64,000 bases of DNA from Escherichia phage vB_EcoM_ULIM9, in sequence record OQ850288. One strand, given 5' to 3'. Both the position numbers and the translations under genes were made by a program. The notes beneath the pieces were generated by a model. That model did not search any database, had not been told where the DNA came from, and was given only the letters and a program-made list of their open reading frames with translations. Positions within the stretch are counted from its first letter, which is position 1. Each line of letters starts with the position of its first letter. This document shows, in pieces, positions 45,505 through 62,847 of this stretch.

Positions 45505-46677
45505 TTAAGCTGTTCTCTGCCATACATACAGTACGAAGGATGGCTGCTCAATATTAACTGCCTGACCTCCACCAACGCTATTTGTATTGCCACTATGTGT
45601 ATGTTCAGAAGAAGAAACTGTTACAGTGCCACTGTGCGTGTGTGAACCAATACCAACTGTATGGCTGTGAGCACCAATACCAACCGTGTGGCTGTGGTCA
45701 CCTGATGCACCAGATGTGACGTTAAAGCTGTGTGAGTGCGCACCGTCACTAGAAGTCCTTGATGTTCTTCTTGCACCACCACCATCAGAGTCAGCTACAG
45801 CATTACCAGTGCCATCATTTTCTCTAGGATACACATCATGGTTGTGAGTACCATTGGTGCTAGTGTTACCTGACACACCGTGTGTATGGTTGCCAGTTGT
45901 GTTAGTAGCTTTTGTTCCATAGTCAAAAGAGCTAGTAGTCTTAGTCCCATAGTCAAAAGCTGAAATTGACACAGTTGCATTATGAGTGTGACCACCACCA
46001 CTAAGAGATACAGAGTGGGAGTGTTGAGGCATGTTATTAACTGACAAAGTAACAGTTGAAGCACCAAATACAGAACCTGCTGGTCTTGCATCAGAGGCAT
46101 AACCAACCAATGCCCTACCTTTTGAAACCAACTCCCAAGTACCTCCACAAATTAAATATGTAGAAGGGTTTGCAGAGTTCATGGAAAGATGGATAGTACC
46201 TACCGGATAGGAAGCCTGAACAGCCTTGTACAAGTTATTTACTGCTCTCGCTGTAGCATACTTATCTGCATCTTCATTATAAAGGTTAGATGTTGTCCAG
46301 TTCTGGACATTACTCAACCCTACCTGTACCTTAGTTGTATTGTGCGGATTACTCTTATCATTAATATGCTGTTGAACAAGGCTATTAACCTCTTCGGAAG
46401 ACATAATCTGTAGATTTGCTCTTGCCTCAGCTACATTAACAATATCTGATAAGTTATTTGCAGCAACTAACTGAAGAGCATTAATAACATTATCTAAACC
46501 AATTTGTGTTTTAGTAACACCATGAGGGTTATTTCTTAGGCTTGAGTGTGGAGCAAGCAATTGCTCAAGAGTGCATCTCTTATCCTCAATACCCTGCTTA
46601 AGATGGAAGATATCACTAAGGTCAATTGGTAAGGCTGCTTGAGGCAAGGCACTAATTTGAATTTCACCTACTGCCAT
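45505..46677 (-). CDS. tail fibre protein (second, His-rich C-terminal domain)
   Basis: 390 aa; HSHS, GIGAHSHTVGIGSHTHS repeats; C-terminus VWQRTA parallels the neighbour. Confidence 0.65.
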   Translation of the reverse strand: MAVGEIQISALPQAALPIDLSDIFHLKQGIEDKRCTLEQLLAPHSSLRNNPHGVTKTQIGLDNVINALQLVAANNLSDIVNVAEARANLQIMSSEEVNSLVQQHINDKSNPHNTTKVQVGLSNVQNWTTSNLYNEDADKYATARAVNNLYKAVQASYPVGTIHLSMNSANPSTYLICGGTWELVSKGRALVGYASDARPAGSVFGASTVTLSVNNMPQHSHSVSLSGGGHTHNATVSISAFDYGTKTTSSFDYGTKATNTTGNHTHGVSGNTSTNGTHNHDVYPRENDGTGNAVADSDGGGARRTSRTSSDGAHSHSFNVTSGASGDHSHTVGIGAHSHTVGIGSHTHSGTVTVSSSEHTHSGNTNSVGGGQAVNIEQPSFVLYVWQRTA

Positions 46678-46679
46678 TA

Positions 46680-54674
<7,995 letters not shown>

Positions 54675-54675
<1 letters not shown>

Positions 54676-54914
54676 TACATTTTTCCTGCTCTTCTAAGTT
54701 CGTTGTAAGCAATTTCCTCTTTATACGACCTCTGAATTTCAAGAAATTGTCTCAATGATAATAAATCAGAGAATGTCATAGCAAAGAGTTGGTCAAGTGT
54801 TTCTTTACACCCTTCCATACCATAAATAGCAAGCACAAATTTCATCTCGTCTGCTTCTTCATAGGTTGCCTCTACAGCAGCATCAGTTAGTGGTGTCTGT
54901 AGAGTGTTACCCAT
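54675..54914 (-). CDS. tail assembly chaperone (distal)
   Basis: 79 aa, between tube and tape measure. Confidence 0.45.
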
Positions 54915-54916
54915 GT

Positions 54917-55315
54917 TTACTGAGAAGTTAGGCTTTTGAAAATGCTTGCTTCGAAAAAACTTCCGAAGTTTGCCTCCAGCGCAAATGCTAAGTAATCAAT
55001 AAATTCACCATAGTTTGCTTGGAAGTACGTATCAATATTAAGTGGGAAGTCATCAACAGTTGCCCCTTGAAATAGTAATGTAGCCATCTCTTCAAGGTTA
55101 ATTTCTTCAATTCTGTCAAAACAAGCTTCAACAAGTTCTTTAAATGGAACCATTGGAGCTTCTTTCTTACCCTTGTCAGTCAGACTTGATAGCATCTGTG
55201 CAAAAGTTGGAACAACAATTTTACCCAACTTCATAGACATCTTAATACCATCTCTTGCCCCAAGCAGAACGATATTTACTTTCTTGCCGTTAATTACTCT
55301 AGATTCTGTTTTCAT
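54917..55315 (-). CDS. tail assembly chaperone (proximal)
   Basis: 132 aa, between tube and tape measure. Confidence 0.45.
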   Translation of the reverse strand: MKTESRVINGKKVNIVLLGARDGIKMSMKLGKIVVPTFAQMLSSLTDKGKKEAPMVPFKELVEACFDRIEEINLEEMATLLFQGATVDDFPLNIDTYFQANYGEFIDYLAFALEANFGSFFEASIFKSLTSQ

Positions 55316-55344
55316 TGTGATTCCTTAATACTTTTAAAAGAAAC

Positions 55345-55379
55345 AAAAAAGGGGAAGACCTTTTAAAGTCTCCCCCTTA
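55345..55379 (-). terminator. intrinsic terminator after the tube gene
   Basis: plus-strand aaaaaaGGGGAAGACcttttaaaGTCTCCCCC; minus-strand hairpin followed by a U-run. Confidence 0.5.
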
Positions 55380-55388
55380 TAGGATTTA

Positions 55389-55835
55389 TTAAACACTTGA
55401 CGCTGGAATTGTAGAAGTGTAGTCTAGCTTCTCACAACCAAAAATCCAAGTTTTAGAGTTTTGGTCACGACCAAGTTCAACCTGTGGTAATTCCTGCAAC
55501 CAAGCGTTAATACCAGTTGCCAGAACAGAGCCTGATGGGTCGTAGATTACGAAGTTAGAAGAGATATCTTCTTCAAGTTCCATATTGTCTTGTTTAGCTT
55601 GAATTGCAGAAAGCATCTGGTTAGAGAGGGAAGTCTGCATTAGCTCAATCTCAATAGTACCTGTCTTGTCTGCATTTCTTGTCAGAGCAACTTGACCACC
55701 TGCACCAACAACTGGTGTTACAAGTGGTGATGTTCTCTGTAGACGCAAGAATGAGTCTGGGGCAAAGCCTTCAATGGCAATACCATTCCAGCTACATACA
55801 ACGTCTTTAGGGGAATATTGCTGATACATAGCCAT
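55389..55835 (-). CDS. tail tube protein
   Basis: 148 aa directly after the sheath gene. Confidence 0.6.
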   Translation of the reverse strand: MAMYQQYSPKDVVCSWNGIAIEGFAPDSFLRLQRTSPLVTPVVGAGGQVALTRNADKTGTIEIELMQTSLSNQMLSAIQAKQDNMELEEDISSNFVIYDPSGSVLATGINAWLQELPQVELGRDQNSKTWIFGCEKLDYTSTIPASSV

Positions 55836-55850
55836 TCCAATTTACCTCTA

Positions 55851-57203
55851 TTATTCGTAAGCCACTGTACCTTTCAAGTCAACATCCAAGATAGCCCCTG
55901 CTAAGACACCTGCGAAGGTAACGTCTTTCAGGATACGCGCTTTCTTGTCTGCCAAAGCAACTTGAGAGGCTTTAGGAACATTAACTGTGTAAGATGACAG
56001 GAAGTTTCTGTTGACTGCTCTTTGCAGAGAGGTTTCAATGACTTGACGAATACGGGTAATACCAGTATCATCATAAGTAATCTTACCACCCTTCTGATTA
56101 ATTAGCAAGTCTCTCAGAGAAGTTTTCAGGTCTGATTCTAACCAGTCAACACCACGGATGATATCAATCCATTCCCCACCAGAAGTAATCCCTCTACGAA
56201 CCACCGGAACACCACCATCAAGGTCGATAAAGTTACAGTGACGTGCATCTAAAGCTGACTTCTGAATACTTGTCAGAGGTCTCTTATTAGCTGGCTGTAG
56301 AGAAGCAGCTACACCAGTTAGCTGAGCATTACCCCAAGCAATTGAACCTGCATCATATGGAGCACCATAAGCAATGTATGCCATCTCTGGATAATCTTCT
56401 GCTGCTGTGTGATGCCACAAGCAAACTGTGCGAGTATACATACTCTTAGCAAGCTGTGCTGGAACATCATTTGCACTGTTTAATTCTGTACCTTGTAGTG
56501 CTGATACATCAGAGTTAGCAGTGAAGAAGATTTTCTTACGAGCCTGAATCTCAGAAGCCATTGCTAAGACAAACTGTTGAGTTCTGTCTTCTGCTGCAAT
56601 GAAATACCAGTCGGTAGAATAAGCTTCAATGGCTGCCAGAGCAGTTGATGCTGTATCGGCAGTTGTACTTGCAATATATACAGTCTGTGCTGTGGTTGTT
56701 ACTTTCACAAAGTCATTATCACCAGCTTTGGTAATAATCATTGTGGCAGAACCAGCACTACCAGTTACATTCACAGAAACCTTATCTTTGATTGTTGGGT
56801 CAGCTTCAATCTGTGTTTTAAACTGTTGCAAAACTTTCTCAGCAGTATCTGAGCTTTTTGATGTGTACTGATATGGTTGAGAAATTCCACCACCAACAGC
56901 TACAGTAATTGAGTAGTCTGTACTTTCGGTAACAGTATTAGGAATTGATACAGTGTACTGCATAGTACGTCTACCAATATAAAGCTGAGTTACTTTAGGA
57001 GTCTGACTCCAAAGTTGTTTAGCAGCCTTATATGCAGCAGACCTCTCATCGAAATCTTCAGCAACTTCAGTTAAGGAAGTGTAGCCACGTACTCTTTCTT
57101 CAAAGTTATCTGTTGAAGCTAAGAATAGTGGCAAACCAAAACCTTCTCTTGTAGTTCCTGCGGTGTTCAATGTAATATCTACATTAACAATTGGATTCCA
57201 CAT
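55851..57203 (-). CDS. tail sheath protein
   Basis: 450 aa directly upstream of the tube gene. Confidence 0.65.
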   Translation of the reverse strand: MWNPIVNVDITLNTAGTTREGFGLPLFLASTDNFEERVRGYTSLTEVAEDFDERSAAYKAAKQLWSQTPKVTQLYIGRRTMQYTVSIPNTVTESTDYSITVAVGGGISQPYQYTSKSSDTAEKVLQQFKTQIEADPTIKDKVSVNVTGSAGSATMIITKAGDNDFVKVTTTAQTVYIASTTADTASTALAAIEAYSTDWYFIAAEDRTQQFVLAMASEIQARKKIFFTANSDVSALQGTELNSANDVPAQLAKSMYTRTVCLWHHTAAEDYPEMAYIAYGAPYDAGSIAWGNAQLTGVAASLQPANKRPLTSIQKSALDARHCNFIDLDGGVPVVRRGITSGGEWIDIIRGVDWLESDLKTSLRDLLINQKGGKITYDDTGITRIRQVIETSLQRAVNRNFLSSYTVNVPKASQVALADKKARILKDVTFAGVLAGAILDVDLKGTVAYE

Positions 57204-57803
57204 TTATTTTACCCCTTTGGAGTCTACATCTAGATGGATAGTATATTCTGGTGGCTCTTGTCCTTCTTCATAAACCAACTCACCATCAACAATGACACGC
57301 TCAATAATACTTCCACGTTCATCCTTCAGGACTGAGTTTTTTACAAGAGTTACAACAAGAGGTGCAGAATTTTCGAAATCTGTATTGAGATAAGTGTAAT
57401 CATTTGGGATTGCTCCAGTGTCTAGTACTGTAGCCCCTGTTTCTTCAAGGATTAAATCTCTGACTGAACTCATCTCTAATCGTTGTTTAAGCTCAAGCAT
57501 AATACTGTGAGCACCTTTACCATTCACCGTAATTAATACTGGAATCTGAAAAGCAATTCTGTAGCAAACTACATCATCCTCAACAAACTTATCAAGAACC
57601 CAACCATAAGGTGTTGCAGCATCTTGACAGTATACGGTAATAAATGGCTGGTCAGGTTTTAAACCTTTGTCATTTGAGTTATCAGAAGGGTAAGCTCTAA
57701 TTACGTTTGGTCTATTATTTTTATCACGAGCTAGTCTGTGACCAATAACATCCACTAAGGTTCTAACTAGACCTTTTTCAAGTTCTGCTGTTTCTAACTG
57801 CAT
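57204..57803 (-). CDS. neck / tail completion protein
   Basis: 199 aa between capsid and sheath genes. Confidence 0.4.
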   Translation of the reverse strand: MQLETAELEKGLVRTLVDVIGHRLARDKNNRPNVIRAYPSDNSNDKGLKPDQPFITVYCQDAATPYGWVLDKFVEDDVVCYRIAFQIPVLITVNGKGAHSIMLELKQRLEMSSVRDLILEETGATVLDTGAIPNDYTYLNTDFENSAPLVVTLVKNSVLKDERGSIIERVIVDGELVYEEGQEPPEYTIHLDVDSKGVK

Positions 57804-58179
57804 TCATTTTATCCCTTCTAATAATAATATATTCATAATGGGACGTATGGGCTAATTGCTGTGACCAATCCATAGTCATAAATACTTCATACTCATGACC
57901 ATCAATCATAACAATATCAGACTCATTCCACTCTACATCATCTGAAGTTCTAAGTTTATATGTGGTATACAGGATTCTTGTATCGGTAAGTCTGATACCT
58001 TCCGGTAAAGCAATCTGTGTACCATTCTTTACAGAACCTTTGATATATGGCTGGATATTACCTTTACAGTTAACCTCTACAATATCTTGTGAAGCTACCC
58101 AATCACCATCATCATTGTAATAACCGTCTTCAGAGACTTTACGCTTTACTACAAAGCTGTGTCTGTTTAAGAGTCTCAT
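57778..58179 (-). CDS. head-tail joining protein
   Basis: 133 aa; position. Confidence 0.4.
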   Translation of the reverse strand: MRLLNRHSFVVKRKVSEDGYYNDDGDWVASQDIVEVNCKGNIQPYIKGSVKNGTQIALPEGIRLTDTRILYTTYKLRTSDDVEWNESDIVMIDGHEYEVFMTMDWSQQLAHTSHYEYIIIRRDKMNAVRNSRT

Positions 58180-58658
58180 TTCTTAATACCCTTCTTAGTA
58201 GAAATTTTATAAGCAAGATTATCTCTTAAGTCACCTGTCTCAACAAGAGGTGCGTTAAAGCCTTTTTTCTTGACTGTGGAAGGTGCGTTAGGAGGGAGGA
58301 TAGCAGAATTACCAAAACCCCTTTTAATTGCCTTTTGAGCATTCTTTGCAAATGCTTCTAAGGTATTTGAAGGGTCTGTGTTGAGACTGCTAAGTTGCTT
58401 ATATAGATTCTTCTTAGTCTGCTCTAACAAGGTCTGTTTGTTTAGCATCATAGTGATTTCAAACAACCTACGATATACTTTACCAGAAGCTGAAGGAACC
58501 CCAATAACTTCTTGTAAATACATTAAAGCAGGATAAGAAAAACCAGAGCTATGTTGACCTTGTTCTTGAAAATACCCAACTTGAGCATTAGCCGTTTGCA
58601 AGTTCTTCATAGCCCCGACTAATTTTGCTCTAGCGGGGTGAATAACCCTTTTAACCAT
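58176..58658 (-). CDS. head-tail connector / head completion protein
   Basis: 160 aa; position. Confidence 0.4.
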   Translation of the reverse strand: MVKRVIHPARAKLVGAMKNLQTANAQVGYFQEQGQHSSGFSYPALMYLQEVIGVPSASGKVYRRLFEITMMLNKQTLLEQTKKNLYKQLSSLNTDPSNTLEAFAKNAQKAIKRGFGNSAILPPNAPSTVKKKGFNAPLVETGDLRDNLAYKISTKKGIKK

Positions 58659-59107
58659 TATTCATCTCGCTCGATAATAAATACGCCATTAACACGGTTG
58701 CAGTAATCTCTGCCTTCGTATCTGGCAGCATCACCATATTCTGTGTATTTCTTGACAGAGCAAGGATTCTGACGACGCATGTCAATATCACACTGATTAA
58801 TACCACCTGCATAGGGTAGTCCTGAAACAGAGCTTTTAACAAGGTCGTCATAAACAGCTTTCAGAGACTTGAATCTGGAAGAGTTACGTAAATAAACACC
58901 ACCAACCTTCTCATCTCCCATCTTGGCTACTTGAAAGAGTAAATATTTAAGAGCTTTGATGGCTGCTTTCTTTTCATCCTTTCCAGATTCTAGGTAGAAC
59001 CACTCTAGCACAGACTGCTCAATAAGAATTTCATCATTATTAGTGTCTGTGCAGAGGATTCTTACTCTATCAAGAGGGTTATTGGCTGGGTCGCCTGTAT
59101 AACACAT
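58658..59107 (-). CDS. head completion / DNA-packaging stabilisation protein
   Basis: 149 aa immediately after the capsid gene. Confidence 0.4.
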   Translation of the reverse strand: MCYTGDPANNPLDRVRILCTDTNNDEILIEQSVLEWFYLESGKDEKKAAIKALKYLLFQVAKMGDEKVGGVYLRNSSRFKSLKAVYDDLVKSSVSGLPYAGGINQCDIDMRRQNPCSVKKYTEYGDAARYEGRDYCNRVNGVFIIERDE

Positions 59108-59127
59108 TCATAACCCTCCTAAGTTTA

Positions 59128-60234
59128 TTAGCCACCTTGAGCGTCAGCGCGAACATCTACCAGCAACTGAGGACGAGTACAGTATGGCAGCATGTAAGAG
59201 TGAGCTTCGAAGTCAATACCTTCGTCACGGTCTTTTTCGTATTCAAATACGTACAGTTCCTGACCAAGTGTATTTGCGTAACCCATCTTAGGACATGGGC
59301 CATATGCCACTTCGAAGATGTTGTTAGCTTCACCCAGCATAGATACGTTAGGGAAGGCATGACCAACACCAACAGTTGCTGCTACACTGTCAATGCTCAC
59401 CAGAGTGTGAACATTACCACGCTTGTCTTTGAACTTACCGTTGTACTGGACAAACTTAACACCACCGTAGTAGAAGGTGTTCATATGAGCCTGAACGCCG
59501 TCAGTACCACCAGTTCTCAGAGAACCAGTAATCTGTTGCCAAGCCAGCGGAGTCTGCTGTGCAAGATAAGCATCACGAATCTTCGGATGCTTGGTAAGTT
59601 TACTGAAGAAAGTTCTGTCAACAACTACGTGAATCTCTTCACCGTTGATTACAGTACCAGTCTTAGCTTCGTCTTCCATGTGCATACGTAGTTCTTCGAT
59701 GTGAGCATCAATATCAGAGTTCGGATTGTCAAGGTCGAAGTAAACAGTCTTCTTCTCAACGTCGAACTGCTTGTACAGGTCAGCGTACAGAGTACCACGA
59801 GCATCAACAACTTTACCCTTCAGAGCTTGCATAAACAGGAACTCACGAGTAATATCGAACTTGGTACGAATCTTCATCAGCTTCTTAGCACGTACTACAG
59901 CTTCAGTAGTCAGTTCATTTGCAGTGCCTGGCTGACGTACACCCTGAATCTCATCAGGAGTAATGCTTTCAACTTCTTTGAAGTACATCATTGGGAAGCT
60001 GATTTGACGAACACGCTCAGGTGCGCTAGTCTCTGCTTTACGGCTATCACGGTCTACCGCATCAAGCAAGCTAACATCCCAATCTGTCAAGTCCATAAGG
60101 AAAGTAGTTTGGGTGATTGGTGCTGAACGGAACAGACCTAAGTTGGAAATATACCCATAAGTATTTGGGATAGACTGGACTTCACCAGTCAGGTCAGCAA
60201 GGAAAAATCTGCTTTTTTCAGAATTAGTCAACAT
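59128..60234 (-). CDS. major capsid protein (lambda gpE-like position)
   Basis: 368 aa following protease/scaffold and a small decoration-like gene. Confidence 0.7.
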   Translation of the reverse strand: MLTNSEKSRFFLADLTGEVQSIPNTYGYISNLGLFRSAPITQTTFLMDLTDWDVSLLDAVDRDSRKAETSAPERVRQISFPMMYFKEVESITPDEIQGVRQPGTANELTTEAVVRAKKLMKIRTKFDITREFLFMQALKGKVVDARGTLYADLYKQFDVEKKTVYFDLDNPNSDIDAHIEELRMHMEDEAKTGTVINGEEIHVVVDRTFFSKLTKHPKIRDAYLAQQTPLAWQQITGSLRTGGTDGVQAHMNTFYYGGVKFVQYNGKFKDKRGNVHTLVSIDSVAATVGVGHAFPNVSMLGEANNIFEVAYGPCPKMGYANTLGQELYVFEYEKDRDEGIDFEAHSYMLPYCTRPQLLVDVRADAQGG

Positions 60235-60267
60235 TGTAAAATTCTCCAGAATGTCTTATTATTGTTA

Positions 60268-60645
60268 TTACAGGCCAGTTGGTACGAAATCAATACCTTT
60301 AGCAGCCAGAGCTTTCTTGACTTCAGCAGCATCAACGCTTGATTCAAGAATTAGCAGGTCTTTTAGTTCTGCATCACGGTGGATACCAACAACTTTCAAC
60401 TGACCGTGGTAAGACAGTTGCAGGTCTGCATAAAAGTTAACGATACATACAGAATCAGCCTGAGATTCTTCTCCTGCTGCAACTTTAGAGCCATCTGCTT
60501 TCAGAACTTCACCTACACGGTATTCTGTAGAAGCTTTTGGAGTGTACTCTTTGCGAGAGTGACCTGTTGGGGTAATCTGTTCCCAAAGAATGATATCATT
60601 CAGAGGTTCTCTGTTACCTAACTTAGTAAAACCTTGATATGCCAT
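60268..60645 (-). CDS. head decoration protein (gpD-like position)
   Basis: 125 aa between the protease/scaffold and capsid genes. Confidence 0.45.
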   Translation of the reverse strand: MAYQGFTKLGNREPLNDIILWEQITPTGHSRKEYTPKASTEYRVGEVLKADGSKVAAGEESQADSVCIVNFYADLQLSYHGQLKVVGIHRDAELKDLLILESSVDAAEVKKALAAKGIDFVPTGL

Positions 60646-60656
60646 TATTGTGTTCC

Positions 60657-62003
60657 TTATTTGATAAGAGATTTTAGAGCATTCTGGAGAGCCAGTTTGC
60701 GTTGTTCAGCGGTGTCTTCGGAAGCATTCTTAGCTGGTTCTTTTTCTTCTTCAACCAAATCAGCTTCGCCGTCATTACCCACTTCTTCCATAGCGTTGGA
60801 ATGTTCAAGAACAGCACCAGCAGTTTCTTTCAACTTGGTAATTTCTGATTCTTTTTCTTCCATTGCAGAAGCATGGGACGCGATAGTTTCATTAAGTTTC
60901 TGGTTAGCACCTTCCATAGCATTCATAAACAGAACGCTCAGAGGGTTATCAAGACCAGCACCTAAAATAGTCGTTGCAGCTTCTTTTGCATCAAATCCAA
61001 AAGCTTCAGCAGAAGCAGAAATCTTATTAGTCAAATCTGACAAAGCAGCTTCCTGTTCTTTAGCTTTCATTTGAGCAACCTGAAGACGCAAAGCTTCTAG
61101 TTCTTGCTTTTCTTGTTCAGTCATTTCTTCACCTGAATTGTTAACGTTTAAACTTACAGGAGCCTCTTCAGAACCTTGTAAGTAATTTAAGAAATCATCT
61201 TGAGACATGATTGAGTTAATTAAACCAAGTTCAAGAGCTTCCTGAGCAGAATAAACATTCGCCTCAGTATTCTTTACAGCTTCTTCAGAGAGATTACGAG
61301 ATTCAGCTACAAAACCTGTAAAGGTTGTGTAGGTATCATTAATTCTCTTTTGAAGTCTTTCTTTGCTTTCTTCTGAGAGTGCTTGGAATGGTGAACCCAT
61401 ACCTTTAAACTCACCAGCTTTGATGACGTTAATTGTTACGCCATTCTTTTCAAATGCCTTAGTTAATTCCTGATGAACCATAATTACACCAATAGAACCA
61501 ACATCTGCATCTGGTGATGCAATAATTTCTTCAGCAGAAGATGCAAGAGCGTATGCAGCGGAACAAGCGAACTCATCTACATAAGCAATAATTTTCTTTT
61601 GGCCTCTTGAAGCCATAATGTGACGTGCTAATTCAAAGCAACCTGAAGCTTCACCACCACCAGAATCAATGTGCAGAACGATAGTCTTAATTGACTCATC
61701 TGCTAAAGCTTCGTCAAAGCCTCTACGCAAACCTTCATAAGAGCTTAATCCACCTGTACACATTGCATCAATGAATGTCATACGATGGGTTAAACCACCC
61801 ATAATAGGGATAATAGCAATGTCATCTTTTACTTTTAAAAGACTTCTTGCTTCACCTTTGGGTTTATCAAAGTTTACTGCTGCTTGGACATCACCCAGCA
61901 ATCTGTTATTCACATAAGTTGCTGCTGAGTGAGCTAATGATTCAGTGGCTAGTAAAGGTTGGTTGAATAATCTATCAGCAAGTCTGAAGATATTCGAACT
62001 CAT
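60657..62003 (-). CDS. prohead protease (S49/ClpP-like) fused to a scaffold-like coiled-coil domain
   Basis: N-terminal IIPIMGGL...LHIDSGGGEASG resembles S49 peptidases; C-terminal Glu/Ala/Lys-rich coiled coil. Confidence 0.7.
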   Translation of the reverse strand: MSSNIFRLADRLFNQPLLATESLAHSAATYVNNRLLGDVQAAVNFDKPKGEARSLLKVKDDIAIIPIMGGLTHRMTFIDAMCTGGLSSYEGLRRGFDEALADESIKTIVLHIDSGGGEASGCFELARHIMASRGQKKIIAYVDEFACSAAYALASSAEEIIASPDADVGSIGVIMVHQELTKAFEKNGVTINVIKAGEFKGMGSPFQALSEESKERLQKRINDTYTTFTGFVAESRNLSEEAVKNTEANVYSAQEALELGLINSIMSQDDFLNYLQGSEEAPVSLNVNNSGEEMTEQEKQELEALRLQVAQMKAKEQEAALSDLTNKISASAEAFGFDAKEAATTILGAGLDNPLSVLFMNAMEGANQKLNETIASHASAMEEKESEITKLKETAGAVLEHSNAMEEVGNDGEADLVEEEKEPAKNASEDTAEQRKLALQNALKSLIK

Positions 62004-62014
62004 TTTTACTCACC

Positions 62015-62347
62015 CTATTTGTTTAAATCTACAGAGACTGAAGAGATAACATAGATACCTTCTTCAGCAAAGAATTGAGGTTTGCTAAGAGCACCAGTTG
62101 CCACGCATTTATCGTTAGCATCCCACAAGCTATAGTGTGAGACCGTTGCAGAAGCTGGGACAGTGATGTTAACTGTGTCTTCTGAGGCAATTAAGCCATT
62201 ATCCGGTTCAGAAAAATAAATAGCCACTGGCTGAGTAACCTTATTTGCTGTAGGGTCTGCCGTTGGGTCTACATTGTGTAAAATAATAGTCGTTGGGGTT
62301 AGCGTGGCGAGGATTTTATTCTTACCATCAATAGTTAATGTTCCCAT
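62015..62347 (-). CDS. hypothetical head-module protein
   Basis: 110-aa ORF. Confidence 0.35.
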   Translation of the reverse strand: MGTLTIDGKNKILATLTPTTIILHNVDPTADPTANKVTQPVAIYFSEPDNGLIASEDTVNITVPASATVSHYSLWDANDKCVATGALSKPQFFAEEGIYVISSVSVDLNK

Positions 62348-62847
62348 TAATTAAACCTTACTTTTTGTTTAAGGACTGTTGAATGGTTACCAGATTCATC
62401 TACCACATTTACAATCATAGCATATACTTTGCCTTTGACAAGTACTTTGTAATCATTTTGTGAAAAAATGTATTCAAGTCTGTTTGTTTCTTTATTAACT
62501 GTCATTGGAGATTGAAATGCAGTGTCGAGGGTAATGAAAGCGGCTTCAATGCTATTAACATTGATACGTTTATTCTCGCAGTTATATAACTTTACACCCA
62601 AAAGGCATGAACTGTCAAATGGAATTTTAACAATTTCACTACAATTTCCTGAAATAAACGGTTTTCCACTCATTGGAGCATCAAGTAACCTGCAAATAGT
62701 GAAAACGTCAGAGGTTCCACCATCACTTACGTAACCTGAAAGGCTGACCCTTGAGCCAGCCTCTACAGATAATTTGTCAGTGATGATAAGAACACCTCTA
62801 TACGAATGCACTCGTGTAGCATTTGAAATAGAGATAACTTCAGCCAT
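62347..62847 (-). CDS. hypothetical head-module protein
   Basis: 166-aa ORF. Confidence 0.35.
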   Translation of the reverse strand: MAEVISISNATRVHSYRGVLIITDKLSVEAGSRVSLSGYVSDGGTSDVFTICRLLDAPMSGKPFISGNCSEIVKIPFDSSCLLGVKLYNCENKRINVNSIEAAFITLDTAFQSPMTVNKETNRLEYIFSQNDYKVLVKGKVYAMIVNVVDESGNHSTVLKQKVRFN

